From Bacteroidaceae bacterium (GTDB lineage: Bacteria; Bacteroidota; Bacteroidia; Bacteroidales; Bacteroidaceae): a stretch of 64,000 nucleotides of DNA. The DNA lies in assembly GCA_051875715.1 (NCBI GenBank), contig JBJEHD010000077.1:8827-72826 (forward strand), in the 5' to 3' direction. The position numbers and the translations under genes were made by a program. The notes under the pieces are model-generated. The model saw nothing but the letters and a program-made list of their open reading frames with translations, ran no database searches and was not told the DNA's origin. Each line of letters begins with the position of its first letter. The first letter of the stretch is position 1. This document shows, piece after piece, positions 1 through 9,312 of the stretch.

Positions 1-2
1 CG

Positions 3-170
3 CAGGCCGTGCCGCAGGAAGCACCGAAACCGGAGGTGGAAACCACGGTGGAGGAGACTCGCTCAAAAGCGGTGAAGGTGGCGCTGATCGTCGGCTCCGG
101 GCTGACGGGCGTGGGTGCCTTGTGCGTCCTCATTTGGTTGATAGACTACGTCCAAGGATTGTTTATGTAA
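3..170 (+). CDS. 3' end of an upstream ORF truncated by the window edge; C-terminal fragment with one hydrophobic helix
   Basis: The frame is open from the window edge to TAA at 168-170. The tail KAVKVALIVGSGLTGVGALCVLIWLIDYVQGLFM is TM-like. It sits directly upstream of batA, where Bat operons usually carry a small membrane protein. Confidence 0.4.
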   Translation, partial: QAVPQEAPKPEVETTVEETRSKAVKVALIVGSGLTGVGALCVLIWLIDYVQGLFM

Positions 171-201
171 ATAGGTGTAAGAACAGAATAAGAAAAGAAC
201 T

Positions 202-1200
202 ATGATTTTTGCAAATCCCGCTTGTTTAGGCTTGTTGGCAGTGCCCCTCCTCATGCTGGCGGGCTACATCTGGAAGCGGCGCAGAAACGAGGCCTCGCTG
301 CAGGTCTCGGATATGCGGGCTTATGCCGACGCACCCAAGAGCCTCCGAAACTACCTGGTGCACGTACCCTTTGCCTTGCGCATCGTGGCCCTGGTGCTGC
401 TGGTTGTGGTGCTGGCCCGTCCGCAGAACACCAACAAGTGGCAGAACACCGAGATGGAAGGCATCGACATCATGCTGGCGATGGACGTATCCGGCAGTAT
501 GATGGCCGAGGACCTGAAACCCAATCGGTTGGAGGCGGCCAAGGAGGTGGCTTCGCAGTTCATCAGCGGACGGCCGAACGACAACATCGGTCTCACCCTC
601 TTTGCCGGAGAGAGTTTCACCCAATGCCCTCTGACGGTGGACCATGCCGTGTTGCTCCGCCTGTTTCAGAACATCAGTGGAGAAATCACCCAGCACGGAC
701 TGATGGAAGACGGAACGGCCATCGGCATGGGCCTGGCCAATGCCATCACCCGCCTGAAGGAAAGCAAGGCCAAGTCGAAAGTCATCATCCTGCTGACCGA
801 CGGCTCGAACAACCGCGGCGAAATCTCCCCGCTGACGGCGGCCGAGATTGCACGCAATTTCGGCATCCGTGTCTACACCATCGGTGTGGGCACGAACGGT
901 ACGGCGCCTTATCCGGCCCAGACGCCGTTTGGCGTGCAGTACATCAACGTGCCGGTCGAAATCGACGAAACCACCTTGACCCGGATAGCCGGCATCACCG
1001 ACGGCAACTACTTCCGGGCGACCAGCAACAACCAGTTGCAGGAAGTGTACGCCGAGATTGATAAATTGGAAAAGACCAAACTGAACGTCAAGGAGTTCAG
1101 CCGACGCGAAGAGACGTATCAGGGACTTGCGCTGCTGGCATTCCTGTTGTTGTTGGCAGAATTGGTCCTGCGTCAGACGTGGCTGAAGCGAATCCCTTGA
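202..1200 (+). CDS. batA: VWA-domain membrane protein, BatA type (aerotolerance operon)
   Basis: 332 aa. It has an N-terminal TM helix, the MIDAS motif DIMLAMDVSGSM and a C-terminal TM helix. It is first in a batA-E-like gene order. Confidence 0.9.
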   Translation: MIFANPACLGLLAVPLLMLAGYIWKRRRNEASLQVSDMRAYADAPKSLRNYLVHVPFALRIVALVLLVVVLARPQNTNKWQNTEMEGIDIMLAMDVSGSMMAEDLKPNRLEAAKEVASQFISGRPNDNIGLTLFAGESFTQCPLTVDHAVLLRLFQNISGEITQHGLMEDGTAIGMGLANAITRLKESKAKSKVIILLTDGSNNRGEISPLTAAEIARNFGIRVYTIGVGTNGTAPYPAQTPFGVQYINVPVEIDETTLTRIAGITDGNYFRATSNNQLQEVYAEIDKLEKTKLNVKEFSRREETYQGLALLAFLLLLAELVLRQTWLKRIP

Positions 1201-1241
1201 CGCCAGCGTAAGAATAAACAGATTATAAAAGGAAAAGAGGT

Positions 1242-2294
1242 TTGCCTATGTTTCGTTTTGCTAATCCGGAATACTTGTATTTGTTGTTTGTCCTCCCTCT
1301 GCTGGGGGCGCTCTATTTCTATTCGAATCATCGGAGGATGGCCCGGCTGCGCGCGTATGGCGACCCGGAACTGTTGGCCCGTCTGATGCCCGATGCGTCG
1401 AAGTATCGGCCGGCTGTGAAGTTTTGGCTGGCATGGACGGCCCTGGCCTTGTGTGTGATTGTGCTGGCCCGGCCGCAATTCGGCTCCAAACTGGAAACGG
1501 TGAAGCGGAAAGGGGTGGAAGTGGTCATCGCACTCGACATCTCCAACTCCATGCTTGCGCCCGATGTGGTGCCCAACCGCCTGGAAAAAGCCAAGAAGAT
1601 GATTTCCCGCTTGGTCGACGAAATGGACAACGACCGCGTGGGCCTGGTGGTCTTTGCCGGCGATGCCTTTACGCAATTGCCCATCACCAGCGACTACATC
1701 TCCGCCAAGATGTTTTTGGACAACATACAACCTTCGCTCATTACCAGCCAAGGTACGGCCATCGGACGTGCGCTCGATGTGTCGATGCGCAGTTTTACGC
1801 CCCGCGAAGGGGTGGGGCGGGCCATCGTTGTGATTACCGACGGTGAAAACCACGAGGACGGTGCGCTCGAGGCAGCTAAACGGGCAGCCGAAAAAGGCAT
1901 CCGTATCTTCGTGTTGGGCATCGGCTCGCCCGAAGGTTCGCCCATCCCGATGGAAGCGGGCAGCAACCAGTATCGGAAAGACCGCGAAGGACGCGTGGTG
2001 GTGACCCGCTTGAACGAAGCCATGTGCCGCGACATCGCCCGGGCCGGCGACGGCATGTTTATCCGGGTGGACAACAGCAACTCAGCCCAGCGCACCTTGA
2101 TTGCCGAGGTGGACAAAATGGCCAAGGCAGACGTGGAAAGCCAAGTCTATACGGAATACGACGAGCAGTTCCGCCCGTTCGCATGGCTGGTGCTGGCTTT
2201 ACTCGTAGCAGAGATGTGTGTGATGGGACGGAAGAATCCGTTGTGGAAGAATGTTAAACTGTTTTCGCGAGATGAAGATGAAAAGAATGCATAG
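1242..2294 (+). CDS. batB: VWA-domain membrane protein, BatB type
   Basis: 350 aa. It has the MIDAS motif VVIALDISNSM and TM helices at both ends. It is a paralog of the preceding gene. Confidence 0.9.
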   Translation: MPMFRFANPEYLYLLFVLPLLGALYFYSNHRRMARLRAYGDPELLARLMPDASKYRPAVKFWLAWTALALCVIVLARPQFGSKLETVKRKGVEVVIALDISNSMLAPDVVPNRLEKAKKMISRLVDEMDNDRVGLVVFAGDAFTQLPITSDYISAKMFLDNIQPSLITSQGTAIGRALDVSMRSFTPREGVGRAIVVITDGENHEDGALEAAKRAAEKGIRIFVLGIGSPEGSPIPMEAGSNQYRKDREGRVVVTRLNEAMCRDIARAGDGMFIRVDNSNSAQRTLIAEVDKMAKADVESQVYTEYDEQFRPFAWLVLALLVAEMCVMGRKNPLWKNVKLFSRDEDEKNA

Positions 2295-2982
2295 CAACCT
2301 CTTGTTGGCGGGGCTGCTCGCCGTATTGCCCGCTTGCCTGATGGCACAGCGGACGGATCGGTTTTACCTGCGTAGTGGCAACCGGCACTACACTGACAGT
2401 GCATACGTGGAGGCCGAGGTGGACTACCGAAAGGCGTTGGAGATGAATCCGCGCTCGACAGAAGCCCGCTTCAACTTGGGAAATGCCCTCCTGCAGCAGG
2501 GAAAAGCCAACGAGGCGATGGAACAGTACGAAGCGGTCACGCAGACCGAGAAAGACCCGCAGAAACTGGCCAAGGCCTATCATAACATGGGTGTCGTATT
2601 GCAGGGAAGCAAGCAATATGCACCCTGCATCGAAGCGTACAAACGCTCGTTGCGCTACAATCCTTCGAACGACGAAACCCGCTACAACCTGGCTCTGGCC
2701 CAACACCTTCTGGAGCAACAGCAGAACGACCAGCAGGACAAACAAGACCAGCAGCAACAGCAGCAACAGCAGCAACAACAGCAACAACAGCAGAATCAGC
2801 AGGACCAACAAGACAAACAAGACCAGCCACAAAAGCAGCAACCTCAGAACCAGGAGGGGCAGCTCTCGAAAGAGAATGCACAACAATTGCTCAATGCGGC
2901 CATGCAGGACGAACAGCAGACGCAGGAAAAGATGCAACAGATGCAGCAGGTGCAGGGACGCAAACTGGATAAAGATTGGTAA
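2278..2982 (+). CDS. batC: TPR-repeat protein, BatC type, with a long Gln-rich tract
   Basis: Signal-like N-terminus MKRMHSNLLLAGLLAVLPACLMAQ and TPR-like repeats (YRKALEMNP, AYKRSLRYNP). The start is uncertain (in-frame ATGs at 2251, 2272, 2278 and 2287). It overlaps the batB stop at 2292-2294. Confidence 0.8.
   Translation: MKRMHSNLLLAGLLAVLPACLMAQRTDRFYLRSGNRHYTDSAYVEAEVDYRKALEMNPRSTEARFNLGNALLQQGKANEAMEQYEAVTQTEKDPQKLAKAYHNMGVVLQGSKQYAPCIEAYKRSLRYNPSNDETRYNLALAQHLLEQQQNDQQDKQDQQQQQQQQQQQQQQQNQQDQQDKQDQPQKQQPQNQEGQLSKENAQQLLNAAMQDEQQTQEKMQQMQQVQGRKLDKDW
2713..2852 (+). repeat. CAG/CAA (poly-Gln) low-complexity tract inside batC
   Basis: There are 15 uninterrupted Gln codons at 2749-2793, flanked by QQNDQQDKQD and QNQQDQQDKQDQPQKQQPQNQ. 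Confidence 0.9.
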
Positions 2983-3013
2983 ACTCTATAAAAGCCTATA
3001 AAGAATCGACATC

Positions 3014-4849
3014 ATGCGAAAGTTATTCTTTTTACTCACCCTCATGCTGATGGGGACGGCCATCGGACGGGCCGACGACATATCCTTCGAGGCGGCAGGA
3101 CCCGATGCCGTGGTGGCCGGAGAACAGTTTCGAGTGGCCTATACCATCAACACGCAGAGTGTACGCGATTTTCGTGCACCTTCCTTTGATGGTTTTCACG
3201 TGCTGATGGGGCCCAGCAGTTCGCGCCAGAGCAGCGTCAGCATCGTCAACGGCAAACGTACGTCGACCAGTTCTATCACCTATACCTTCATCCTCGAAGC
3301 CATCGAGCCGGGCACGCACCGCATCCCCGGCGCCAGCATCGTGGCCGGCGGCAAGTCGGCACTTTCGAATGCGCTGACCATCAAGGTGCTTCCGCCGGAC
3401 GAAGAACCGCAAGGCAGGACCGGCAAGCAGGCATCGGCAGCAAACGCCCAGGGCGGTACGGCTCCCGCTGTCACGGCAAGCCAGTTGTTCGTCGTACCCA
3501 CGGTCAGCAAGACCACGGTCTACGAACAGGAGGCTTTCCTGGTCACCTTCAAGGTCTATACCACGCTCGATTTGCGCAACTTCGGTTTTGTGAAGGCTCC
3601 TGACTTCAACGGGTTCCATGCGCAAGAGGTGGAGCAGCCCCAGACAAAGTCGTTCTCGATGGATCATTACAAGGGACGCAACTACCGCACGCTGGTGTGG
3701 AGTCAATATGTGCTTTTCCCGCAGCGTTCGGGCCAACTGGAGATTCCGGCTTGCGAGTTCGAGGCGGTTGTGGCCCAGGCCGTAGCGACAAACGACCCTT
3801 TCGAAGCCTTCTTCAACGGCGGCGGGTACGTGCAAAGCAAGAAACGCATCTCCTCTCCGAAGGTGCCCATTCAGGTACATCCGCTTCCGGCAGGCAAGCC
3901 GGCCTCGTTCGGTGGGGCGGTCGGCAGTTTCACCCTGGCTTCGACGGCGTCTCCGCTCGAACTGAAATCCAACGAGGCGTTGACGCTCAAACTGACCCTG
4001 TCCGGGACGGGTAACTTGAAACTCATCACCCCTCCCGATGTGAAGTTCCCCAGCGATTTTGAAGTCTACGATCCCAAGGTCGACACCCAGTCGAAACTGA
4101 CGCAAAACGGACTTTCCGGGCAGAAAGTGTTCGAGTATCTGGCCATCCCGCGTCATGCAGGCGAGTACACCATTCCGGCCGTGGAATTTACGTTCTTCGA
4201 CCCCAAGTCGCAGAAATATCAAACGTTGACCTCCGAATCCTACCGGGTGCAGGTGGCCAAGGGCGACGGGCAGGGAACGGCCGGACAGGTCGTGTCCGAC
4301 TATTCGAACAAGGAAGAAGTGAAGGTGCTGGGCAATGATATCCGCTTCATCAAGACGGGCGAGACGCGTTATCGCCAGCGCGATAACTTCTGGGTAGGCA
4401 CTTGGTCGTATCGCCTGGCCTATCTGGTTCCGATTCTGCTCTTCCTGCTGGCGGCGTGGATGTATCGCAAACGCCTGGCCGACGCCAAGGGTGGCGTGCA
4501 GGTGCGGATGCGCAAAGCCAACAAGGTGGCCACCCGGCGCTTGAAGGGTGCAGGACGCCTGTTGGCGGCCGGAAAGAAGGATGCCTTCTACGACGAGGTG
4601 CTGAAGGCTTTGTGGGGCTATGTTGCCGACAAACTGAGCATCCCCGTGGCGCAACTGTCGAAGGACACGGTCGAAGCCGAACTGGCCCGACGCGGTGCCG
4701 ACGAGGCTCTTATCCGGGCTTTCCTCGATGCGCTGGGTCAGTGCGAGTATGCACGGTATGCTCCTGGCGACGAAAGCAAAGCCATGGATCAGGTCTACGA
4801 AGCGGCATCGAGCGTCATCGGCCAAATGGAGAATGCAATGAAAAAATAA
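3014..4849 (+). CDS. batD: BatD-type oxygen-tolerance protein
   Basis: 611 aa with a signal peptide (MRKLFFLLTLMLMGTAIGRA), a large extracytoplasmic region, one TM helix (WSYRLAYLVPILLFLLAAWMY) and a cytoplasmic tail. It occupies the position after batC. Confidence 0.85.
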   Translation: MRKLFFLLTLMLMGTAIGRADDISFEAAGPDAVVAGEQFRVAYTINTQSVRDFRAPSFDGFHVLMGPSSSRQSSVSIVNGKRTSTSSITYTFILEAIEPGTHRIPGASIVAGGKSALSNALTIKVLPPDEEPQGRTGKQASAANAQGGTAPAVTASQLFVVPTVSKTTVYEQEAFLVTFKVYTTLDLRNFGFVKAPDFNGFHAQEVEQPQTKSFSMDHYKGRNYRTLVWSQYVLFPQRSGQLEIPACEFEAVVAQAVATNDPFEAFFNGGGYVQSKKRISSPKVPIQVHPLPAGKPASFGGAVGSFTLASTASPLELKSNEALTLKLTLSGTGNLKLITPPDVKFPSDFEVYDPKVDTQSKLTQNGLSGQKVFEYLAIPRHAGEYTIPAVEFTFFDPKSQKYQTLTSESYRVQVAKGDGQGTAGQVVSDYSNKEEVKVLGNDIRFIKTGETRYRQRDNFWVGTWSYRLAYLVPILLFLLAAWMYRKRLADAKGGVQVRMRKANKVATRRLKGAGRLLAAGKKDAFYDEVLKALWGYVADKLSIPVAQLSKDTVEAELARRGADEALIRAFLDALGQCEYARYAPGDESKAMDQVYEAASSVIGQMENAMKK

Positions 4850-4873
4850 CGGTTAAAATCGCGTAAGGATATA

Positions 4874-5674
4874 ATGAAACTCTATCGTTACATGGCCGCC
4901 TGGGTGGTGGCCCTCGTGGGACAGGCCGTGGTAGCCCAGACTCCCGCCGATTCGCTTGCGGTGGTTCCTGCACCGGCATCAACGGTCTCCAAGGCGTATG
5001 CCGACAGCCTTTATACGGCAGGGCATTATGCCGCCGCCGCCGATTGCTACGAAGGATTGCTGGCACAACGGGGCCAGTCGGCCGATGTGTACTACAACTT
5101 GGCCAACAGTTATTATAAGGAAGGGAACCTGGCCCGGGCCATCCTCAACTATGAACGGGCGTTGTTGCTCCGTCCCTCCGATGCCGACATCCGGTTCAAC
5201 CTGGAGTTGGCACGCAGCCGTACGGTGGACAAGGTCACTCCGTTGGACGAACCGTTTTGGACGGCCTGGCTTCGGTCGCTCACCCATTTGGCCGAAGCCG
5301 ATGGATGGGGACGCATGGCGGTCGGCTTCTTTGTCGGCTTCCTGGTGGCCTTGGCCCTGTATCTGTGGGGCGGCAATATCTTGATTCGCAAGATTGGCTT
5401 TGGTGTGGGCATCCTTTGCCTGCTTCTGGCCGGTTCGGCCCACGGACTGGCATGTCGCCAAAAATACGAACAGACCAGCCGGACCGAAGCCGTGGTGATG
5501 GCCCCCAGCGTGACGGCCAAGAGCACGCCGGCCGATAGCGGCACGGACCTCTTCCAATTGCACGAGGGACACAAGGTGCACATCAAGGACAACACACTGG
5601 CGGGTTGGAAAGAAATCGTCCTGGCCGATGGTCACACGGGATGGGTGCCCACTGATGCACTGGAGGTGATATGA
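4874..5674 (+). CDS. batE: BatE-type protein (TPR repeats, TM helices, C-terminal SH3-like domain)
   Basis: 266 aa. TPR-like YYNLANSYYKEGNLARAILNYERALLLRP and an SH3b-like tail GWKEIVLADGHTGWVPTDALEVI. Confidence 0.8.
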   Translation: MKLYRYMAAWVVALVGQAVVAQTPADSLAVVPAPASTVSKAYADSLYTAGHYAAAADCYEGLLAQRGQSADVYYNLANSYYKEGNLARAILNYERALLLRPSDADIRFNLELARSRTVDKVTPLDEPFWTAWLRSLTHLAEADGWGRMAVGFFVGFLVALALYLWGGNILIRKIGFGVGILCLLLAGSAHGLACRQKYEQTSRTEAVVMAPSVTAKSTPADSGTDLFQLHEGHKVHIKDNTLAGWKEIVLADGHTGWVPTDALEVI

Positions 5675-6345
5675 TTGAACTGGACAAACAACTGCTGCTC
5701 GCCCTGAACGGAAGCGATTCGCTGTTTTGGGACGAATTCATGCTCACACATACCGGAATGTGGGTGTGGATGCCTTTCTTTGCCGTGTGCATCTACGTGG
5801 TGTTCCGCTTGGGCAAATGGCGTGAAGCATTGCTGGCTCTCGGCATGATTGCGCTGGTGGTACTGCTGGCCGACCGCATCTCGTCAGGCCTTTTCAAGCC
5901 ATTGTTCCATCGCTTTCGTCCCACGCACGATCCGGAGATAGCCATGCTGGTCGACGTGGTCCGCGGCTATCGGGGCGGCAAGTACGGCTTCGTGTCGAGT
6001 CATGCGGCCAATGCCTTCGGCGTGGTGACTTTTCTCACACTGCTCTTCCGGCGTCGGAGTCTGACGGTCGCCTTGCTCTTTTGGGCCTTCCTGCATAGTT
6101 ATACACGGATTTATCTGGGCGTGCATTTCCCCGGCGACATCTTGTGCGGCGGGGTGCTTGGTGCCTTGGTAGGGTGGGCGGTCTACCGGCTTTACGGCTA
6201 TGTGGCCGACCGGGTTCAATGGGCCGGACGCTGCAGGACTTGTTCCTCGTCGGAGGCCGTATGGGTGTTGGGCACGTTGGGAGCCACGTACCTTTTTATA
6301 GTCGTTTGGGCGTTGATTGCAAGCCAAATTGGCCTCATTTGGTAA
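5671..6345 (+). CDS. PAP2-family phosphatase (membrane lipid phosphatase type)
   Basis: 224 aa. The three PAP2 motifs are visible: KPLFHRFRP, SSHAANAF and YTRIYLGVHFPGD. The ATGA start/stop overlap with batE (5671-5674) suggests translational coupling. Confidence 0.85.
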   Translation: MIELDKQLLLALNGSDSLFWDEFMLTHTGMWVWMPFFAVCIYVVFRLGKWREALLALGMIALVVLLADRISSGLFKPLFHRFRPTHDPEIAMLVDVVRGYRGGKYGFVSSHAANAFGVVTFLTLLFRRRSLTVALLFWAFLHSYTRIYLGVHFPGDILCGGVLGALVGWAVYRLYGYVADRVQWAGRCRTCSSSEAVWVLGTLGATYLFIVVWALIASQIGLIW

Positions 6346-6440
6346 AAAAGTCACGAAAAAGTTGCTCCGCAACCGAATTTTACATAAGTTTATCCCGTGA
6401 TAGAAATCAATGAGAGTATTAACCCTTAAATTTAGGCCTT

Positions 6441-6716
6441 ATGAACAGAACAATAACATTCAATGAACTTCGCAAGATTAAAGATTCATTGCCCTCAGGC
6501 AGCATGCATCGGATAGCCGACGAATTGGGCTTGTCCGTCGATACAGTTCGCAACTTCTTTGGAGGATACAACTTTAAGGAAGGCAAGAGCGTAGGTCTCC
6601 ACTTGGAACCGGGTCCCGATGGTGGTCTGGTTATGCTGGACGACACAACTGTACTCGATCGTGCGTTGGCTATCCTGGATGAGATGAACATCGATCATCG
6701 CAAAGCCGAAGAGTAA
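6441..6716 (+). CDS. Small conserved-looking protein with a putative HTH (IADELGLSVDTVRNFF)
   Basis: 91 aa clean ORF in an AT-richer patch, followed by a strong hairpin. I recall similar small proteins across Bacteroidetes, but this is unverified. Confidence 0.55.
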   Translation: MNRTITFNELRKIKDSLPSGSMHRIADELGLSVDTVRNFFGGYNFKEGKSVGLHLEPGPDGGLVMLDDTTVLDRALAILDEMNIDHRKAEE

Positions 6717-6736
6717 AAACTGTATTTTACAAGGAA

Positions 6737-6782
6737 AGACGAACAAAGCGTGGCATCCCCGGATGCTGCGCTTTGTTCGTCT
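6737..6782 (+). terminator. Long hairpin downstream of the 6441 ORF
   Basis: The 14-nt arms agacgaacaaagcg (6737-6750) and cgctttgttcgtct (6769-6782) enclose a second small hairpin, gcatcc/ggatgc. There is no clear T-tract. Confidence 0.45.
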
Positions 6783-7156
6783 TATGCCAGCCCATTTACG
6801 AAAGAGAACGATTTGCTATGTGGAATAGAGCATTGGACGATGTAACAGGCAAAAACGGAGGAAACAGTCCGAAAAACGAGTGGAAAATGCGCCCATCTTG
6901 TTGTACGACATGTAGTAACATCGTTCTCGCAGGAGAAAAGGGAAAGAGCATGAAAAGACGAAATAATGGCTGTTTGGAGGCAAAATTTAAGGAAAAGGCG
7001 AAAAGTCCGTAGGAATAGACCTTGTAAGGTCCTAAAATAAGCCGTTACTTTGCACCGTGAAAAAGAAGTGGAAGTGTGTCGCTAATCCGGCGGGAGTATA
7101 GCTCGCGTGAGAAACGGATGCTTCCAGGTAACTAATCCTAAGTAAAAAAGAAAAGA

Positions 7157-7963
7157 ATGAAGAATTTTGGACGACTTTTCGCTTTGCTGGCTCTGGTGGC
7201 TGCTTGCAGCAGCAACGACGATCCTTCGCAGCAGGGAACAAGCAAAGTGGTGTTGGATTTCAGCACTGATTTGACGTATGGCAAACAGTCGAAAGCAGGT
7301 GAAACGCGCAGCGTGGACTTGACTCCCTATCAGAATGTAAACAACTACACCGTACAATTGATAAAGGACGGCAGCGTCATCAAAGAAAACACCTATGGCA
7401 GCATGGCCTTGGAAGAGGAAATCGATCCGGGCACGTACACGTTCAAAGCCTTTTATGGCGACAACGCGGTGGCGGCTGCCTGGGATGCACTCTATGTGGA
7501 AGGCTCGCAGACGTTTGCGGCTCAGTCCGGACGGACGGCTACGGTACAGTTCACCTGTGTTCCCGCCAACGCCAAGATGAAGGTAGTCTACAGCGACGAC
7601 TTCTCGTTGTATTATTCCGATTGCACCATTGGCGTGACTACGACCTACCAGACCACACCGTTTGTCATCACCAAAGCCGATGCCGAAGCTGGCAAGGAGG
7701 CTTATTTCAAGGTGGATGCCGGTGAAAACACGTTCTCGCTTACGTTCGACCTGAAAGACAAGCAGGGCCTCTCGGTGACGCCGGCGGACTTCGGCGTGCA
7801 GACCGTGAAGGTAAGTCCGCGCGATTTCCTCACGCTGACTGTGAAACCGAACATCATCAGCATCGAAGGCGGTAAGATTAACGGCATCCAGGTGAGCGTG
7901 GACAACGGCCTGACCGAAGAACCGGTATCGGTCGTAATCCCCGATGAATACGTACAAGAATAA
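7157..7963 (+). CDS. Surface-type lipoprotein, DUF4493-like
   Basis: 268 aa. Lipobox LVAAC followed by the acidic stretch SSNDD. It is all-beta-looking. It is the first gene of a co-oriented, tightly spaced cluster. Confidence 0.7.
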   Translation: MKNFGRLFALLALVAACSSNDDPSQQGTSKVVLDFSTDLTYGKQSKAGETRSVDLTPYQNVNNYTVQLIKDGSVIKENTYGSMALEEEIDPGTYTFKAFYGDNAVAAAWDALYVEGSQTFAAQSGRTATVQFTCVPANAKMKVVYSDDFSLYYSDCTIGVTTTYQTTPFVITKADAEAGKEAYFKVDAGENTFSLTFDLKDKQGLSVTPADFGVQTVKVSPRDFLTLTVKPNIISIEGGKINGIQVSVDNGLTEEPVSVVIPDEYVQE

Positions 7964-7981
7964 TTTTAGCATCCGAACAAT

Positions 7982-9283
7982 ATGAAGACATATACGATTT
8001 ATACGACGTGTGCAGCGGCCTTCCTGACGTGGGGGCTGGCCTCATGTGAATTGCGTGACGAATTGCGCGGGCATGGCTTGGCAGAAAACGAAGGCTATGT
8101 GGAACTGACGTTCGACACGAAAACCAATGGAGAAGTGGTGACCGCTACGACCAAGACTGCGATGGACGGCACGTTTGACGAGGCCGACATCAACCCGGCC
8201 AACTATACCGTGCGCGTGGTCAATACGGAATCCGACGCACAGGTGAAAGAACTGACGTATCAGGCACTGACCGCCTTGAACGGCAAGATTGCGCTTGACG
8301 AAGGAAAGTATCGGGTAGAGGCTTTCAACTACGACGGCTCGTTGGTAAATGCTTCTACGCGTCCGTTCTTTAAAGGTACATCCAATTTCCAAATCCTGCC
8401 GGGCAGCACGACGCGTGTGTCTACCTCTTGCTCGCTGCAGAACATCGAGGTGGCCATCAAGTTGTCTGCCGACTTCCTGAACAGTTTCAAGGACGACTAT
8501 ACGGTGACCGTGAGCAACGGTGAGGCCGGCAGCTGGATTTTCGACAAGACCAACATCGACAAGAAAGTCTACCTGAAACTGCCTGCTACGGCCATCAATT
8601 CGTTGGATGCCGTCATCAAGGCAACGACGCAGGTGGGCGACCGCATCGTGACGCAAATCAGCATCACCAAGCCGGCTGATGCCGAAGGCGGAACGCAACT
8701 GAAGGGCGGCGACTCGTTCCTCATCACCCTGAACCCGGGCAGCGAACCCATCACCCGCTACAACCTCAATGTCAGCGTGGACCTCACCATGAACGAGACC
8801 GGTGCTACCATCTCCATCCCGACTGAGAACATCGTCTTCAACGAAGGTACGGGTGGGGGAGAAGCCGGCGACGAATCCATCGTCATCACGGGTCTGCCGG
8901 CCAACTATACGCTGGCCGAAGCGCTGGCCAATGCCGTGGTGGGCTTCACGGTGCCGCGTGGCATCCAGAACCTGCTGGTGACTATCTCTTCCGACAACGA
9001 CGTCTTCAACAGTACGGTAGCCGGCCTGGGACTGGGCGGCCAGTTCGACCTGGCCAATCCGGGCGAACAAGAGTATGTGCTGACCCACTCGCTGGAATCG
9101 GGCGAAGGCATCGGCCTGCTCGATCCGAACGACCCCGTCAAGGGCAAGACCACCTATCAGTTCGACGTACGTGAATTCATGTCGCTGCTGGGTCTGTACG
9201 GCACCGGCGTGTACACCTTCGACATCACGGTGAAGGACGGTGTAGAAACGAAGTCGGGCAGTTTGATAGTGACGCAAGAGTAA
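7982..9283 (+). CDS. Surface-type lipoprotein, DUF4493-like N-terminal domain plus extra Ig-like region
   Basis: 433 aa. Lipobox GLASC followed by ELRDE. The N-terminal pattern GYVELTFDTKT...TKTA is shared with neighbours. Confidence 0.7.
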   Translation: MKTYTIYTTCAAAFLTWGLASCELRDELRGHGLAENEGYVELTFDTKTNGEVVTATTKTAMDGTFDEADINPANYTVRVVNTESDAQVKELTYQALTALNGKIALDEGKYRVEAFNYDGSLVNASTRPFFKGTSNFQILPGSTTRVSTSCSLQNIEVAIKLSADFLNSFKDDYTVTVSNGEAGSWIFDKTNIDKKVYLKLPATAINSLDAVIKATTQVGDRIVTQISITKPADAEGGTQLKGGDSFLITLNPGSEPITRYNLNVSVDLTMNETGATISIPTENIVFNEGTGGGEAGDESIVITGLPANYTLAEALANAVVGFTVPRGIQNLLVTISSDNDVFNSTVAGLGLGGQFDLANPGEQEYVLTHSLESGEGIGLLDPNDPVKGKTTYQFDVREFMSLLGLYGTGVYTFDITVKDGVETKSGSLIVTQE

Positions 9284-9312
9284 GCAGAACCAGGTAAAAC
9301 AAGGAAAGTAAA

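Noticed and set aside
2254-2937. A 227-aa minus-strand ORF with a poly-Leu run
   Set aside because: It is the antisense reading of the batC CAG/CAA tract (CTG/TTG giving poly-Leu). It is a shadow of a real gene.
6773-7012. A 79-aa plus-strand ORF in the AT-richer intergenic patch
   Set aside because: There is no ribosome-binding or promoter context. It starts inside the terminator hairpin. The composition is Lys/Asn/Cys-rich and unlike neighbouring genes. It is probably non-coding.
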